A stretch of DNA of 64,000 nucleotides. Source: Flavobacteriales bacterium. GTDB lineage: Bacteria; Bacteroidota; Bacteroidia; Flavobacteriales_D; CAJJDF01. The position numbers and the translations under genes were made by a program. The stretch covers positions 17,710-81,709 of the forward strand of contig CBFHHA010000004.1 in the NCBI GenBank assembly GCA_965655625.1, given 5' to 3'. Below, piece after piece: positions 1 through 10,764 of the stretch (positions are counted from its first letter, which is position 1; the number at the start of each line of letters is the position of its first letter). The notes beneath the pieces were generated by a model. The model had not been told where the DNA came from. It made no database searches and saw only the letters and a list, made by a program, of their open reading frames with translations.

Positions 1-648
1 CGGAATTCTATTTCCGCCTCCTACGCTTTTCATGTATTGCAATCCTTGTTCACCTTTCAGTTTTGCCTGATAAGCATCCTCAAGTCCCACTCCACTTCCT
101 TGTGCATTGATGTAGCCAACAGTTCGGGCAGCCAACATGCCAAAAGGTCTTTCTCTCTTGTTCTGTTTCAACACAATTCTTCCTCCTCTAAACTGACCTT
201 TTCTTAGTATTGGTGCATTAAGCACCGCTTCCATTTCGTTGTAAGACACATTTTTTTGAATCAAATGATACCTTCTTTTGTTCCGTTTGGCGTCAATCAG
301 CTCAGCTCTATACTGACCCTCTGTTTTATCTTTAAAAATCTGGGACAATACAAAAGCCAAAGAATCCACTTGTTCTGTGAACAACGCTTCTTTAACAGCT
401 ACTAAATCCATTCTAATTTCATAAATAGGAACAGAAATAGCTAAAGCACTCTTCTCTTTATCATCTGCAAAAATATTACCTCGAGAAGCATTGATTTCTA
501 TTTTAGAAATACTGGAAACGTAAGAGTTGTTCTCAGTATTTATTGTCATTTGAATAGAAAATATTCTCCATATCAACACCAAAGAAAACACGAGTACCGT
601 AAAGTACACGAAGTAGATTCTTCCCGATATGTTTTTCTTATTTTCCAT
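1..648 (-). CDS. ftsI: Cell division penicillin-binding protein FtsI/PBP3, 5' part (runs off window edge)
   Basis: ATG at 648 overlaps the ftsL stop; N-terminal TM segment, then a PBP-dimerisation-like segment (ASRGNIF...RTVGY); position after mraZ-rsmH-ftsL. Confidence 0.85.
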   Translation of the reverse strand, partial: MENKKNISGRIYFVYFTVLVFSLVLIWRIFSIQMTINTENNSYVSSISKIEINASRGNIFADDKEKSALAISVPIYEIRMDLVAVKEALFTEQVDSLAFVLSQIFKDKTEGQYRAELIDAKRNKRRYHLIQKNVSYNEMEAVLNAPILRKGQFRGGRIVLKQNKRERPFGMLAARTVGYINAQGSGVGLEDAYQAKLKGEQGLQYMKSVGGGNRIP

Positions 649-983
649 TAATTCTCTTTCTCTACACTTATAAGAATTGGAGCTTGTTTTAATTCTTTTA
701 TTCCTTGATCAGCCGTCATTTTCAATATATTTGACTGAAGACTAATTTGGTTCAATTCCTTGATAGAAGAATGAAGTTTAGAATTCAATTCTTCCATGTT
801 TTCTAATTCCGCAGCTAACTTCATTTGCTTATCTGCATAATATCCGTACCCGATATAAAGCACAACCAAAAAAGTGAAGTACACGACAAACCCCATGTTC
901 TTCTGAACAAACTCTTTCCCAAAGAAATTACCCGAGAGCAAATCAGTAATAGGTTTTAGTATGTTTATTCCCTTTTCAGCCAT
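648..983 (-). CDS. ftsL: FtsL-like cell division protein
   Basis: 111 aa, single TM plus coiled coil, between rsmH and ftsI. Confidence 0.75.
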   Translation of the reverse strand: MAEKGINILKPITDLLSGNFFGKEFVQKNMGFVVYFTFLVVLYIGYGYYADKQMKLAAELENMEELNSKLHSSIKELNQISLQSNILKMTADQGIKELKQAPILISVEKEN

Positions 984-984
984 T

Positions 985-1914
985 TTAATCTAACTTTTCA
1001 GCTATTCTCATTTTTGCACTTCGCGCTCTTGAGTTTAATTGTATTTCTTCTTCTGTTGGCACCACCGCCTTTTTTGTTACATCTTTTAGTTCTACCAGTG
1101 GATTTCCATAAAAATCTTTTTCGATCTCGCCTTCAAACTTTCCTTTTTTAATAAAGTTTTTCACCAGTCTATCTTCCAATGAATGGTAGGAAATCACAAC
1201 CAATCTTCCGGCTGGGTTCAACAACTCTTTTGCTGCGAGCAAAAACTTTTTAAGCACTTCCAACTCTTGATTCACCTCAATTCTTATTGCCTGAAAAATT
1301 TGAGCCAAAAACTGATTTTCTTTTTTGAAAGTTGTCAGCAACTTAACCACATCAATAAGCTGGGTAGTTGTCTCAATTTCTTTTTCGTTTCGAGCTTCCA
1401 CAATTTTTCGAGCAACTAACTTTGCGTTCCGTATATCAGCATAAGCTTTGAAAATAAACTCCAACCTATCCTCTTCGTAGTCATTTACAACTTGCTTAGC
1501 TGTGAGCTCTTGGTTTTGATTCATTCGCATATCCAATTCGCCTTCATAACGAATAGAAAAACCTCTTTCGCCCGAATCAAATTGGTGAGAAGAAACTCCC
1601 AAATCTGCCAAAATTCCATCCACTTTTTCTATTCCATGAAAAGCCAGGTAATTTTTTATGAAAGCAAAATTTTGATCTATCAGTTTGAATCGAGAATCCT
1701 CAAAAGCATTCTCATGAGCCTCGGCATCTTGATCAAACGCAAATAATTTTCCGTTTTCATCAAGGCTATCCAAAATTTTTTTTGAATGTCCGCCTCCACC
1801 AAAAGTTACATCTACATAGACTCCATCTGGTACAATGTTCAATCCTCGGACCGAACTATTTAAAAGAACTGGGATATGATAACCGTTTTCATTTTTCATC
1901 ATCTTTGCCATCAC
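985..1914 (-). CDS. rsmH: 16S rRNA m4C1402 methyltransferase RsmH
   Basis: YHIPVLL, DVTFGGGGHS, DLGVSSHQFD, ISYHSLEDR, NSRARSAK motifs. Confidence 0.97.
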   Translation of the reverse strand: MMAKMMKNENGYHIPVLLNSSVRGLNIVPDGVYVDVTFGGGGHSKKILDSLDENGKLFAFDQDAEAHENAFEDSRFKLIDQNFAFIKNYLAFHGIEKVDGILADLGVSSHQFDSGERGFSIRYEGELDMRMNQNQELTAKQVVNDYEEDRLEFIFKAYADIRNAKLVARKIVEARNEKEIETTTQLIDVVKLLTTFKKENQFLAQIFQAIRIEVNQELEVLKKFLLAAKELLNPAGRLVVISYHSLEDRLVKNFIKKGKFEGEIEKDFYGNPLVELKDVTKKAVVPTEEEIQLNSRARSAKMRIAEKLD

Positions 1915-2347
1915 TCATAACTTCTTCGGCCAGAGTTGCAAAATCGCCCATTTCTTCATTCATCACTTCGTCATACTTCGCTTTGTCCCAAATCTCAATT
2001 CTATCGGCATATGCAAAAAGGACAACCTCTTTGGATATTCCAGCAAAGTCTTGTAGATCTTTTGGAAGAAGAACCCTTCCATTTCCATCCATATCAAGTT
2101 TGGTGGCACCATTTTGAAATTTTCGAACAAACGCTCTGTTTTTGATCGTGAATAAATTCAAATCATTCAGCTTTTTCGAAACCTCTAACCAGTCTTTGTG
2201 AGGATACAAACCCAAACACCCTTCGAACCCACGGTTCAGCACAAACCCCTCTCTTCCTTCATTGTCTATTTGTTTTTTTAGACCTGACGGAACAGTGAGT
2301 CGCCCTTTGGCATCCAGTTTACATATGTATTCTCCTAGATAAGACAT
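1889..2347 (-). CDS. mraZ: dcw cluster transcriptional repressor MraZ
   Basis: LDAKGRLTVP and DGNGRVLLP duplicated AbrB-like motifs. Confidence 0.97.
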   Translation of the reverse strand: MSYLGEYICKLDAKGRLTVPSGLKKQIDNEGREGFVLNRGFEGCLGLYPHKDWLEVSKKLNDLNLFTIKNRAFVRKFQNGATKLDMDGNGRVLLPKDLQDFAGISKEVVLFAYADRIEIWDKAKYDEVMNEEMGDFATLAEEVMSDGKDDEK

Positions 2348-2363
2348 TGTTATTGTTAATTAG

Positions 2364-2417
2364 CAAAGATATTTATTATATCCCACATTTCTCCACATTT
2401 TACCACGATGTGAATAA
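2364..2417 (-). promoter_or_regulatory. mraZ/dcw promoter: -7 element, three MraZ-type GTGG boxes and a DnaA-box-like 9-mer
   Basis: TATCTTTG (2364-2371, minus) fits Bacteroidota TAnnTTTG; CCAC at 2383, 2393, 2403 (10-bp period); TTATTCACA at 2409-2417. Confidence 0.65.
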
Positions 2418-2651
2418 CTTTAGAACGAATGTAAACAAATTTCGTTTTAATCAAAACAAAAACCATTGATTTTAAAGAGATTTGAGAAAAATAAATGTTG
2501 ATAACTACGGTGGGAGAGATTCCCATTCTATTAACAATGCAATGTTGATTAACTCAGAAACACTGAGTTCTTCAGATCCAATCTTAACTAGGTGGAACAT
2601 AGTGGGTGTAGTGAGATTTTCTTGTATCTTTGCCGAAACATTGAGCACAAA

Positions 2652-3263
2652 ATGAAAGTAAAAACTGCAGAATTTGTTATTAGCAATACGCGTGTAGACA
2701 TGTGTCCAAAACCTGTACTTCCAGAGTACGCCTTTATTGGCAGATCCAATGTGGGAAAATCGAGTTTGATAAATTCGATTTGCAACAACAAAAAGCTAGC
2801 AAAAACCTCCTCTACCCCTGGTAAAACTCAGTTGATCAACCATTTTATCATCAATAACGAGTGGTACTTGGTAGATTTACCCGGATATGGATTCACCAAA
2901 ACTCCCGTTGCCTTGAAGGAGAAATGGATGAATTTTACGCGGAACTATTTGAGAAATAGAGAGAACCTGATGTGTGTATTTGTGTTGCTTGATTCTAGAC
3001 ACAACGTACTGAAAGCGGACGATGAATTCATGGAGTGGCTTGGCGAAAATGGCATTCCGTTTGTGATGGTTTTTACAAAAATGGATAAGCTAGACCCGAG
3101 AGATGTAGAGGGAAACATCAAAGCCTATCAAGATAAAATGAGCGAAAAGTGGAGCTTTTTGCCTCAACACTTCCTCACTTCTTCCGACAAGAAAACCGGA
3201 AACGAAGAAATTCTGGAATTTATAGAGAAAACAAGCAAAGGATTCTCTCCAGTTTATGAATAA
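2652..3263 (+). CDS. engB: Ribosome biogenesis GTPase EngB/YihA/YsxC
   Basis: GRSNVGKSS, TPGKTQ, DLPGYG, TKMDK motifs; start moved to ATG 2652. Confidence 0.95.
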   Translation: MKVKTAEFVISNTRVDMCPKPVLPEYAFIGRSNVGKSSLINSICNNKKLAKTSSTPGKTQLINHFIINNEWYLVDLPGYGFTKTPVALKEKWMNFTRNYLRNRENLMCVFVLLDSRHNVLKADDEFMEWLGENGIPFVMVFTKMDKLDPRDVEGNIKAYQDKMSEKWSFLPQHFLTSSDKKTGNEEILEFIEKTSKGFSPVYE

Positions 3264-3300
3264 AAAAAGGGTTCAAATCAATTGATTTGAACCCTTTTTT
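3262..3300. terminator. Bidirectional intrinsic terminator
   Basis: AAAAAAAGGGTTCAAATC-aatt-GATTTGAACCCTTTTTT between convergent genes. Confidence 0.85.
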
Positions 3301-3318
3301 AATGAATAGTTTTGGCTA

Positions 3319-3831
3319 TTATTTTACTAGTCTAAAATCAAATTTTATCACCGCATCAATCGGTTGCTCCATCTCATTGTCTTCGCTAAAATTAGCATCC
3401 AAGACTAAATAAATCTTTCCGTTTGAGAGGTACTCAGCTATATCTACTTCCTCAATAATTTTCAATTCCACCGATTTTGAATCTTCGGCAATTTCGGTAA
3501 TCACTGCCACAGTAACCATTGGCAAATCTTCGCTTTCGCTCATAATCTGCAATTTCGAGCTTGTAACTTGAGACAACCCTGCAGAGTCCTCTTTTGTGAG
3601 AGTCACTCCTGAAATAAATACTGACTCCATTTTATCCGAATCGATAGATTCTTGTTCCTCTATCATCGCCTTAGAATCCATCTCTACAGTAGCCGAATTA
3701 CTTCCTTCGTAAATATCTTCAAATGTAAAAGTCTTCGCATCCATAGTTACTTCAGTTGATTCTGTCTCTGGCGAGCAAGAAGCCATAAACAATGCACTTA
3801 GGATTCCTACTGCTATCATTTTTATTTTCAT
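3319..3831 (-). CDS. Hypothetical acidic lipoprotein
   Basis: Signal peptide with lipobox-like FMASC; 170 aa. Confidence 0.65.
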   Translation of the reverse strand: MKIKMIAVGILSALFMASCSPETESTEVTMDAKTFTFEDIYEGSNSATVEMDSKAMIEEQESIDSDKMESVFISGVTLTKEDSAGLSQVTSSKLQIMSESEDLPMVTVAVITEIAEDSKSVELKIIEEVDIAEYLSNGKIYLVLDANFSEDNEMEQPIDAVIKFDFRLVK

Positions 3832-3901
3832 GTTGTTCTGTTTTTTTATTAATTAATAAGCCTAAATATACTGAAAGTTTTAGTAAAAAATTGTTCTCCG
3901 A

Positions 3902-5242
3902 TTAAACTGTGTAATACTTTTTTCTGAATTTATAAATAAGTGAACCTCCCCGAAACACATTCCACAGAAGAAATGCTATCCAAATTGCGTAAAGTTTGAG
4001 ATCAAGCAAATCGAGGAAATAAATTACTGGAACGAAAAGGACTAAAGTAGCAACAATTAATGTATTCCGGAGGTAAGCAGTCTCGCCTAACCCTTTGAAG
4101 ACACCATCGTACGTAAAAGTAACACCGCTGACAAATTGCGCAACAATTATCAACCAAAAAACAGAATAAAAGTGAGCTACAACCTGAGAATCATTACTAA
4201 AAATTCGTCCTAAAAACGGGTACAACGCGACAAAAATTAGAGCCAAAACGCCTGCTACAATTAAATTGTATTTCACTAAGTCTTTGGACAACGAAGTGAG
4301 CGCTTTGAAATCCTTTTTTCCAAGTAACTTTCCTGATATTGCATTTCCTGCATTCGAAAATCCATCAATAAAAAAGAAAGAAAACACCCACAAATTAATG
4401 AGTATAGTGTGTGCCGCCAAGTAGCTTTTTCCGTAGCTTGTGGCGTATCTATTTGCAAGGAAAAAGGCCAAATTAAGCGCCAAAGTTCGAATCAGCATAT
4501 TGGCCGACATAAGCAACATGGTTTTAAACTCAGGATTGGGTTTTGTCCAAGAAGGAAGAATAGAAAAATCAGTTTTTCGTTTCACAATAATTGTTATAAT
4601 TACCATCATGGTGAATTGAGCAAATACACTCGCCCAAGCTACGCCTTCTATGCCCATATTAGGCTGAAAATCTCCCACACCGAACACCAAAATATAATCA
4701 AGAATGACATTCATGATTGCACCAAAAATGCTCGCCTGCATAATCCAGACCGTGTTCTGCATTCCTCTAAACACTCCAAAGGCGGTATACACAATCATCG
4801 ATATAGGAAGTCCAATAATACGAATATTAAAATAGTGAATTGCTTTTTGCAACAGCTCTTTGTCCGCTGGATCAACCCCATAAAAATCGAGAAAAATACT
4901 GGGAGAAAACAAAAACGAAACACCTCCAACAATGACTCCGAGCATGGCTCCAAACAAAATAGTTTGAGGGATTAACGTTCTAATCTCTGAGACTTTCTCC
5001 GCTCCCACATATTTAGAAACTATTGAAGATATGGAAGTTCGTATTTGAGAAAGACACCACAACAAAAGAGTATAAAAAGCAGCTCCTAGTCCAACAGCAG
5101 CCTGAGAAACCTCAGAATTACTTCCCAAATTTCCAATAACAGCCGTGTCAACCAATCCAATAATGGGCTCGGCAATTCCTGCAAAAATAGCAGGTATTGC
5201 AAGCACTCTAATCTCCTTAAAACTTATTTTTATTGAATTCAC
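3902..5242 (-). CDS. MATE family efflux transporter (DinF-like)
   Basis: LAIPAIFAGIAEPIIGLVDTAVIG start, ~12 TM segments, FRGMQNT motif. Confidence 0.9.
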   Translation of the reverse strand: MNSIKISFKEIRVLAIPAIFAGIAEPIIGLVDTAVIGNLGSNSEVSQAAVGLGAAFYTLLLWCLSQIRTSISSIVSKYVGAEKVSEIRTLIPQTILFGAMLGVIVGGVSFLFSPSIFLDFYGVDPADKELLQKAIHYFNIRIIGLPISMIVYTAFGVFRGMQNTVWIMQASIFGAIMNVILDYILVFGVGDFQPNMGIEGVAWASVFAQFTMMVIITIIVKRKTDFSILPSWTKPNPEFKTMLLMSANMLIRTLALNLAFFLANRYATSYGKSYLAAHTILINLWVFSFFFIDGFSNAGNAISGKLLGKKDFKALTSLSKDLVKYNLIVAGVLALIFVALYPFLGRIFSNDSQVVAHFYSVFWLIIVAQFVSGVTFTYDGVFKGLGETAYLRNTLIVATLVLFVPVIYFLDLLDLKLYAIWIAFLLWNVFRGGSLIYKFRKKYYTV

Positions 5243-5389
5243 GTTGCAAAGATACTCTTTAATGAATTGAAGTCAACGAAGACGAAGTATTTTAGCTTAA
5301 TTGCCCAAAATTCAATTAATAGAAGACTTTTTATTTCCAAGTAATCACCATTTTTGTTATTTTCGACAAACAAAAATTTAATTGAGTTT

Positions 5390-6004
5390 ATGCACGTTGC
5401 AATTTCAGGAAATATCGGAGCAGGTAAAACCACTCTCACCAACTTACTAGCAAAACATTACAAATGGGACACACACTTTGAAGACGTGGAGAACAATCCT
5501 TATTTAAATGATTTTTATGAAGACATGCAGCGTTGGTCTTTTAACCTTCAAATCTTCTACCTGAATAGCAGATTTACTCAAATCCAAGAAATAAAAAGCA
5601 ACGACAAAACAGTAATTCAAGACAGAACTATTTACGAAGACGCCTTTATTTTTGCGCCCAACCTCCACAAAATGGGATTAATGTCTACCAAAGACTTCGA
5701 AAATTATTTTTCGCTATTTTCGTTAATGGAGAATTTCATTTCGGCTCCAGATTTATTGATTCATCTTAGAGCTAGTGTTCCTACATTGGTCAACCAAATC
5801 TCACAAAGAGGAAGAGAATATGAAGAAAGCATTAGAATTGACTACTTGAAAAGATTGAATGAACGGTATGAATCTTGGATTAGCAGTTACAACAAAGGAA
5901 AGGTAATAATTGTAGATGTTGACAACAACAACTTTAAAGAAAATCCTGAAGACCTTGGTAAAATCATTACCGATATTGACGCAGAAATAAATGGATTGTT
6001 TTAA
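5390..6004 (+). CDS. Deoxynucleoside kinase
   Basis: GNIGAGKTT P-loop, DRTIYED, RGREYE motifs. Confidence 0.92.
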   Translation: MHVAISGNIGAGKTTLTNLLAKHYKWDTHFEDVENNPYLNDFYEDMQRWSFNLQIFYLNSRFTQIQEIKSNDKTVIQDRTIYEDAFIFAPNLHKMGLMSTKDFENYFSLFSLMENFISAPDLLIHLRASVPTLVNQISQRGREYEESIRIDYLKRLNERYESWISSYNKGKVIIVDVDNNNFKENPEDLGKIITDIDAEINGLF

Positions 6005-6069
6005 TCCTTATTGATACCGAAACGAAAGTTTCAAAACACCTACCCGTTCTTAGACAAAGTAAAACCAAC

Positions 6070-9000
6070 ATGATGACAAAAAAAATACTCTTAGGATTTA
6101 TCCTAGCCAGTACTCTTGGCTTTGGCCAAATGAAAAATGACAATGGAAGAATACAAGCTATACTTTCGGAGTCTAGTCGCGAATTATCGAATTCTGAATC
6201 TACAATACCTGGATTCATCGAGTTTAAATCTGGACTTTCTCCGTCATTGTCAGAAATCACAGCGTTGGTAAATTCGTTTTCAAAAAATAAGTTTACTCTA
6301 AGAGAAGTGAGCCGAGAAAATGACCAATTGGGCTACACTCATATTAAATTTCAACAAATCGCGAATAACATCCCATTTGAATTAAACTTCCTAACGATTC
6401 ATCAAAAAAATGGAGAGATAACCAGCATAAGCGGAAATTTAGCCTCACAATTTTCCGGGATTATTTCAGCTTCTGTTTCAGAAAGTGATGCCTTAGCATC
6501 GGCCCTGCAAGTCATAAATGCCGACACCTACAAATGGGAGTTGCCAGAAGAAGAAGATTTTATCAAAGAAGACTTAGAAGACCCTTCAGCAACCTTTTAC
6601 CCCGCAGGGGAATTCGTGTATTTACAAACAAAAAAAGGAATATCACTGTGTTACAAATTCAATATTTACGCTCATAAACCTGTAAGCAGAGCAGATTATT
6701 ACGTTGATGCAAACCTGGGCAAGGTTATTTTCAAAAACGACTTCATTCACCACGCAGATGCGATTGGAACTGCTAATACTGGATACAGTGGAACCCGGTC
6801 AATAACTACCGACTCGACTTCTACAACTAACTACAGGCTGAGAGAGTCTGGAAGAGGAAATGGCATCGAAACCTACGACATGAACACCGGAACTACCTAC
6901 GGAAGTGCTGTTGATTTTACGGACAATAACAACATCTGGACCTCAACCACAAATGACGATCAATACGCATTGGATGCGCACTGGGGAGCTGAAATGACTT
7001 ATGACTATTTCTGGAATGTACATGCTAGAAATAGTATTGACGGATTAGGTTTCAAACTTATTAGTTACATTCATTACGACAACAATTATGTCAATGCATT
7101 TTGGGACGGGAGAAGAATGACCTACGGAGATGGAAATGGAACTTCAATTACTGCTTTGACAACAATGGCTATTGCGGGTCACGAAATATCCCACGGTCTT
7201 ACCTCAAACACGGCAAACTTGGTTTATTCTTATGAATCTGGCGCACTGAACGAATCTTTTAGTGATATTTTTGGAGTCGCAATAGATTTTTGGGCAAGAC
7301 CAGCTCAAGCAGATTGGGAAATGGGGGACGAAATTTACACCTCGGGAACAAACTATTTTCGCTCCATGTCGAATCCAAAAGCCAAAGGAGATCCTGACAC
7401 ATATCTGGGTACAAACTATTACCTGGGTACAGCAGACAATGGTGGGGTTCACACAAACAGTGGGGTTCAAAACTACTGGTTCTATTTACTTACAAATGGT
7501 GGCACCGGAACAAATGACAATGGAGACACTTATTCTGTAAATGGTTTAGGACTGGATACAGCAGCAAGAATAGCGTTTAGAAATCTAACTGTTTATTTAG
7601 GAAGAAACTCTCAACATTCAGACGCAAGATTTTATGCAATCAAATCAGCAACCGACTTATATGGCCCTTGCTCTCCAGCAGTAATAGCTACAACCAATGC
7701 TTGGCATGCCGTAGGGGTTGGACCTGCTTATGTTCCGGGTGTAAAAGCAGAGTTTAGCACATTGGACTCTGTAGGGTGTAAATTTCCTCACACAGTTTCT
7801 TTCGTTAATAATAGCAACAATGCATCGGCTTACGTTTGGAATTTTGGAGATGGTACAACTAGTACGGCAACAAACCCAACTCACACCTACACAGCGGGTC
7901 CTGGTCCTTTTGATGTTACTTTACTCGCGGATGGTGGAGTTTGTGGAAGAGACACGATACTTAAAATAGCAAATGTAACAATCGATACACTACTTCGATG
8001 CCCTACCATATTAGCTAGGAATACAGCGATGAGTACCACCGATTGTTCTGGAACATTAATGGATGATGGGGGTGCGACAGGCAATTATACGCCAAACCAA
8101 GTAAGCACATTCACTATATCACCTACAGGAGCAACAAATGTTGTGCTCAATTTCAATTTATTTGACGTAGAAGCTGGATCAACTGCATCCAACTGCAACT
8201 ACGATTATTTAGAAATATACGAAGGCACTTCAACCGCAGGAACTCTAATCGGACGATACTGCAACAACAACCTACCACCTTCAACTATTACATCAAGCTC
8301 TTCCAGTTTGTTTTTGAGATTCAGAGTAGACGGAGGTTTAGAAGAAGCAGGATTTGATATTGATTGGAACTGTTTATACACTTATCCAGCGCCAGTTGCA
8401 AACTTTGTGGCTACTCCTAACCTAGTCTGTCAAAATGAAATCATTAACATTTCAAATACGAGTTCCTCGGCTACCAGCTACAGTTGGACCATGACTGGCA
8501 GCAGCTTATCATCATCTACTGCTTCGAATCCATCCGTGAGCTATTCTTCTGACGGTTCATATGTTGTTAGGCTTATCGCCACAAGCCCAGGAGGAAGTGA
8601 TACTGCCTTTCAAACTATAAACGTAAGAGGAGTTTGTCTACCAAATGGAGGTACAGCTGGGCCAATGACAGAATGTAACGGAAAATTATTGGATGACGGA
8701 AGTTATTCGAACGATTACTCCCCCAATCAAACTACCTATGTAACCATTGCTCCCTCAACAGGTGTTAATGTCACACTTACATTTAATACATTTGATGTGG
8801 AAGCAGACAATTGCATCTACGATTACATGTCAATTTATGACGGACCCAACACAACTTCTCCTCTCATTGGTAAGTATTGCAATTCAAGTATTCCACCATC
8901 TCCTTTAACCTCTACGGGTAACGCATTGACAATTAAATTTTATGCAGATGGAGGATTAGAGTTAGATGGTTTTGACATTGACTGGCATTGTTCACTTGTT

Positions 9001-9261
9001 GGACTTTCGGAATCAGAAAAAATAAATAGCTTAAAAATATACCCGAATCCTTCGAATAGTTTCGTAACGGTAGAGGCCATATTTAGTCAACAAAGCACAA
9101 GTAATATTGTGATTATGGACCTACTGGGAAAAGTGCTGTACGAAAACAATAACTCAATTGAGTCGCTTCAATTTACGGACAAAATTGATGTTTCTGGATT
9201 TGCAGCAGGCACCTATTTCATTATTGTAAATGGAGAAACCAACAAGTTTATAAAACAGTAA
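6070..9261 (+). CDS. M4 (thermolysin-like) metallopeptidase with PKD and CUB domains and T9SS C-terminal sorting domain
   Basis: NAFWDG, HEISH...ESGALNESFSD, DNGGVHTNSG; WNFGDG (PKD); two CxYDY...GxYC CUB-like units; IYPNP...KFIKQ CTD. Confidence 0.9.
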   Translation: MMTKKILLGFILASTLGFGQMKNDNGRIQAILSESSRELSNSESTIPGFIEFKSGLSPSLSEITALVNSFSKNKFTLREVSRENDQLGYTHIKFQQIANNIPFELNFLTIHQKNGEITSISGNLASQFSGIISASVSESDALASALQVINADTYKWELPEEEDFIKEDLEDPSATFYPAGEFVYLQTKKGISLCYKFNIYAHKPVSRADYYVDANLGKVIFKNDFIHHADAIGTANTGYSGTRSITTDSTSTTNYRLRESGRGNGIETYDMNTGTTYGSAVDFTDNNNIWTSTTNDDQYALDAHWGAEMTYDYFWNVHARNSIDGLGFKLISYIHYDNNYVNAFWDGRRMTYGDGNGTSITALTTMAIAGHEISHGLTSNTANLVYSYESGALNESFSDIFGVAIDFWARPAQADWEMGDEIYTSGTNYFRSMSNPKAKGDPDTYLGTNYYLGTADNGGVHTNSGVQNYWFYLLTNGGTGTNDNGDTYSVNGLGLDTAARIAFRNLTVYLGRNSQHSDARFYAIKSATDLYGPCSPAVIATTNAWHAVGVGPAYVPGVKAEFSTLDSVGCKFPHTVSFVNNSNNASAYVWNFGDGTTSTATNPTHTYTAGPGPFDVTLLADGGVCGRDTILKIANVTIDTLLRCPTILARNTAMSTTDCSGTLMDDGGATGNYTPNQVSTFTISPTGATNVVLNFNLFDVEAGSTASNCNYDYLEIYEGTSTAGTLIGRYCNNNLPPSTITSSSSSLFLRFRVDGGLEEAGFDIDWNCLYTYPAPVANFVATPNLVCQNEIINISNTSSSATSYSWTMTGSSLSSSTASNPSVSYSSDGSYVVRLIATSPGGSDTAFQTINVRGVCLPNGGTAGPMTECNGKLLDDGSYSNDYSPNQTTYVTIAPSTGVNVTLTFNTFDVEADNCIYDYMSIYDGPNTTSPLIGKYCNSSIPPSPLTSTGNALTIKFYADGGLELDGFDIDWHCSLVGLSESEKINSLKIYPNPSNSFVTVEAIFSQQSTSNIVIMDLLGKVLYENNNSIESLQFTDKIDVSGFAAGTYFIIVNGETNKFIKQ

Positions 9262-9279
9262 TCCTAGATTAACGACAAT

Positions 9280-9317
9280 AAAAAAGCCATTCATTTTTCA
9301 TAATGAATGGCTTTTTT
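9280..9317. terminator. Bidirectional intrinsic terminator
   Basis: AAAAAAGCCATTCATT...AATGAATGGCTTTTTT. Confidence 0.8.
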
Positions 9318-9394
9318 GATTGGGATATCTTCTGCAAACTGATTTTTGTACTATTTCGTGATAGAACTAGAAACTATAAGCATAGAGGAAACGA

Positions 9395-10051
9395 CTATAA
9401 TTTCATTTCCGGTATTTCTCCTTCAATGACCAAATTACCATCGGTAGCTGCTTTAATTTCCTCTACCGATACTCCTGGAGCTCGTTCCAGCAATTTGAAG
9501 CCACCCTTCACTATCTCTAAAACGGCTAAGTTGGTCACAATCTTTTTTACGCATCCAACTCCGGTAAGTGGCAAGGAGCATGATGTTAGCAACTTAGATT
9601 CTCCTGCTCTATTTGTATGCATCATGGCAACGATAATATTATCTGCCGATGCCACCAAATCCATTGCGCCACCCATTCCTTTTACCATTTTACCGGGAAT
9701 TTTCCAGTTGGCTATATCCCCCGTTTCAGAAACCTCCATGGCACCCAAGACGGTAAGTTGAACGTGCTGTCCTCGAATCATGGCAAAGCTTGTTGCCGAA
9801 TCAAAATAAACCGCGCCAGGCAATGCAGTAATCGTTTGCTTTCCGGCATTAATTAAATCTGCATCTTCCGTTCCATCTATTGGGAATGGCCCCATACCTA
9901 ATATTCCGTTTTCTGATTGAAACTCTACCTCTATTCCTTCTGGAATATAATTGGCAACTAAAGTTGGAATTCCAATTCCTAAATTAACATACCATCCATT
10001 TTGGAGTTCTTGAGCTATTCGTTGTGCTATTTGTTGTTTATCTAAAGCCAT
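9395..10051 (-). CDS. scoB: Succinyl-CoA:3-oxoacid CoA-transferase subunit B
   Basis: VNLGIGIPT, QSENG, KGMGGAMDL. Confidence 0.93.
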   Translation of the reverse strand: MALDKQQIAQRIAQELQNGWYVNLGIGIPTLVANYIPEGIEVEFQSENGILGMGPFPIDGTEDADLINAGKQTITALPGAVYFDSATSFAMIRGQHVQLTVLGAMEVSETGDIANWKIPGKMVKGMGGAMDLVASADNIIVAMMHTNRAGESKLLTSCSLPLTGVGCVKKIVTNLAVLEIVKGGFKLLERAPGVSVEEIKAATDGNLVIEGEIPEMKL

Positions 10052-10054
10052 GTT

Positions 10055-10753
10055 TTAGTTTTTTGGTCTCACCGTTCTTTGTTCAATTCTCTTTTCATAT
10101 CCTTTTCCTTGGAAAATTCGTTGAACAAAAATGCCCGGTGTGTGGATTTCATTTGGATCCAATTCTCCTAGTTCAACTAATTCTTCCACCTCAGCAATAG
10201 TAATTTTGCCAGCCATTGCCATCATTGGATTAAAGTTTCTTGCTGTTCCTTTAAAAACCAGATTCCCAGCCGTATCTCCTTTCCAAGCTTTTACTAGAGC
10301 GAAATCAGCAGTGAGGGCAGTTTCCAAAATATGTGGTTTTCCATTAAATTCTCGCACCTCTTTTCCTTCAGCAACTTCTGTTCCATATCCTGCTGGAGTG
10401 AAAAACGCAGGGATTCCTGCTCCGCCAGCTCTGCAACGTTCCGCCAGTGATCCTTGAGGAATCAAGTCAACTTCGAGTTCACCGCTCAACATTTGCCTTT
10501 CAAACTCATCATTCTCTCCGACATAGGAAGAAATCATTTTTTTAATCTGTTTTTTCTGTAGAAGTAAACCTAATCCAAAATCATCTACCCCTGCATTGTT
10601 GGAGATACAAGTCAACCCTGTCACATTCTTTTTTACTAACTCTGAGATTGAGTTTTCTGGAATACCACACAAGCCAAATCCCCCCAACATAAGAGTCATT
10701 CCATCTTGTATTCCATTGCAGGCCTGTTCTACGTTTGCTACTGTTTTGTTCAT
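10055..10753 (-). CDS. scoA: Succinyl-CoA:3-oxoacid CoA-transferase subunit A
   Basis: [31 protein letters not shown]. Confidence 0.93.
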   Translation of the reverse strand: MNKTVANVEQACNGIQDGMTLMLGGFGLCGIPENSISELVKKNVTGLTCISNNAGVDDFGLGLLLQKKQIKKMISSYVGENDEFERQMLSGELEVDLIPQGSLAERCRAGGAGIPAFFTPAGYGTEVAEGKEVREFNGKPHILETALTADFALVKAWKGDTAGNLVFKGTARNFNPMMAMAGKITIAEVEELVELGELDPNEIHTPGIFVQRIFQGKGYEKRIEQRTVRPKN

Positions 10754-10764
10754 ACTATTTGTCT

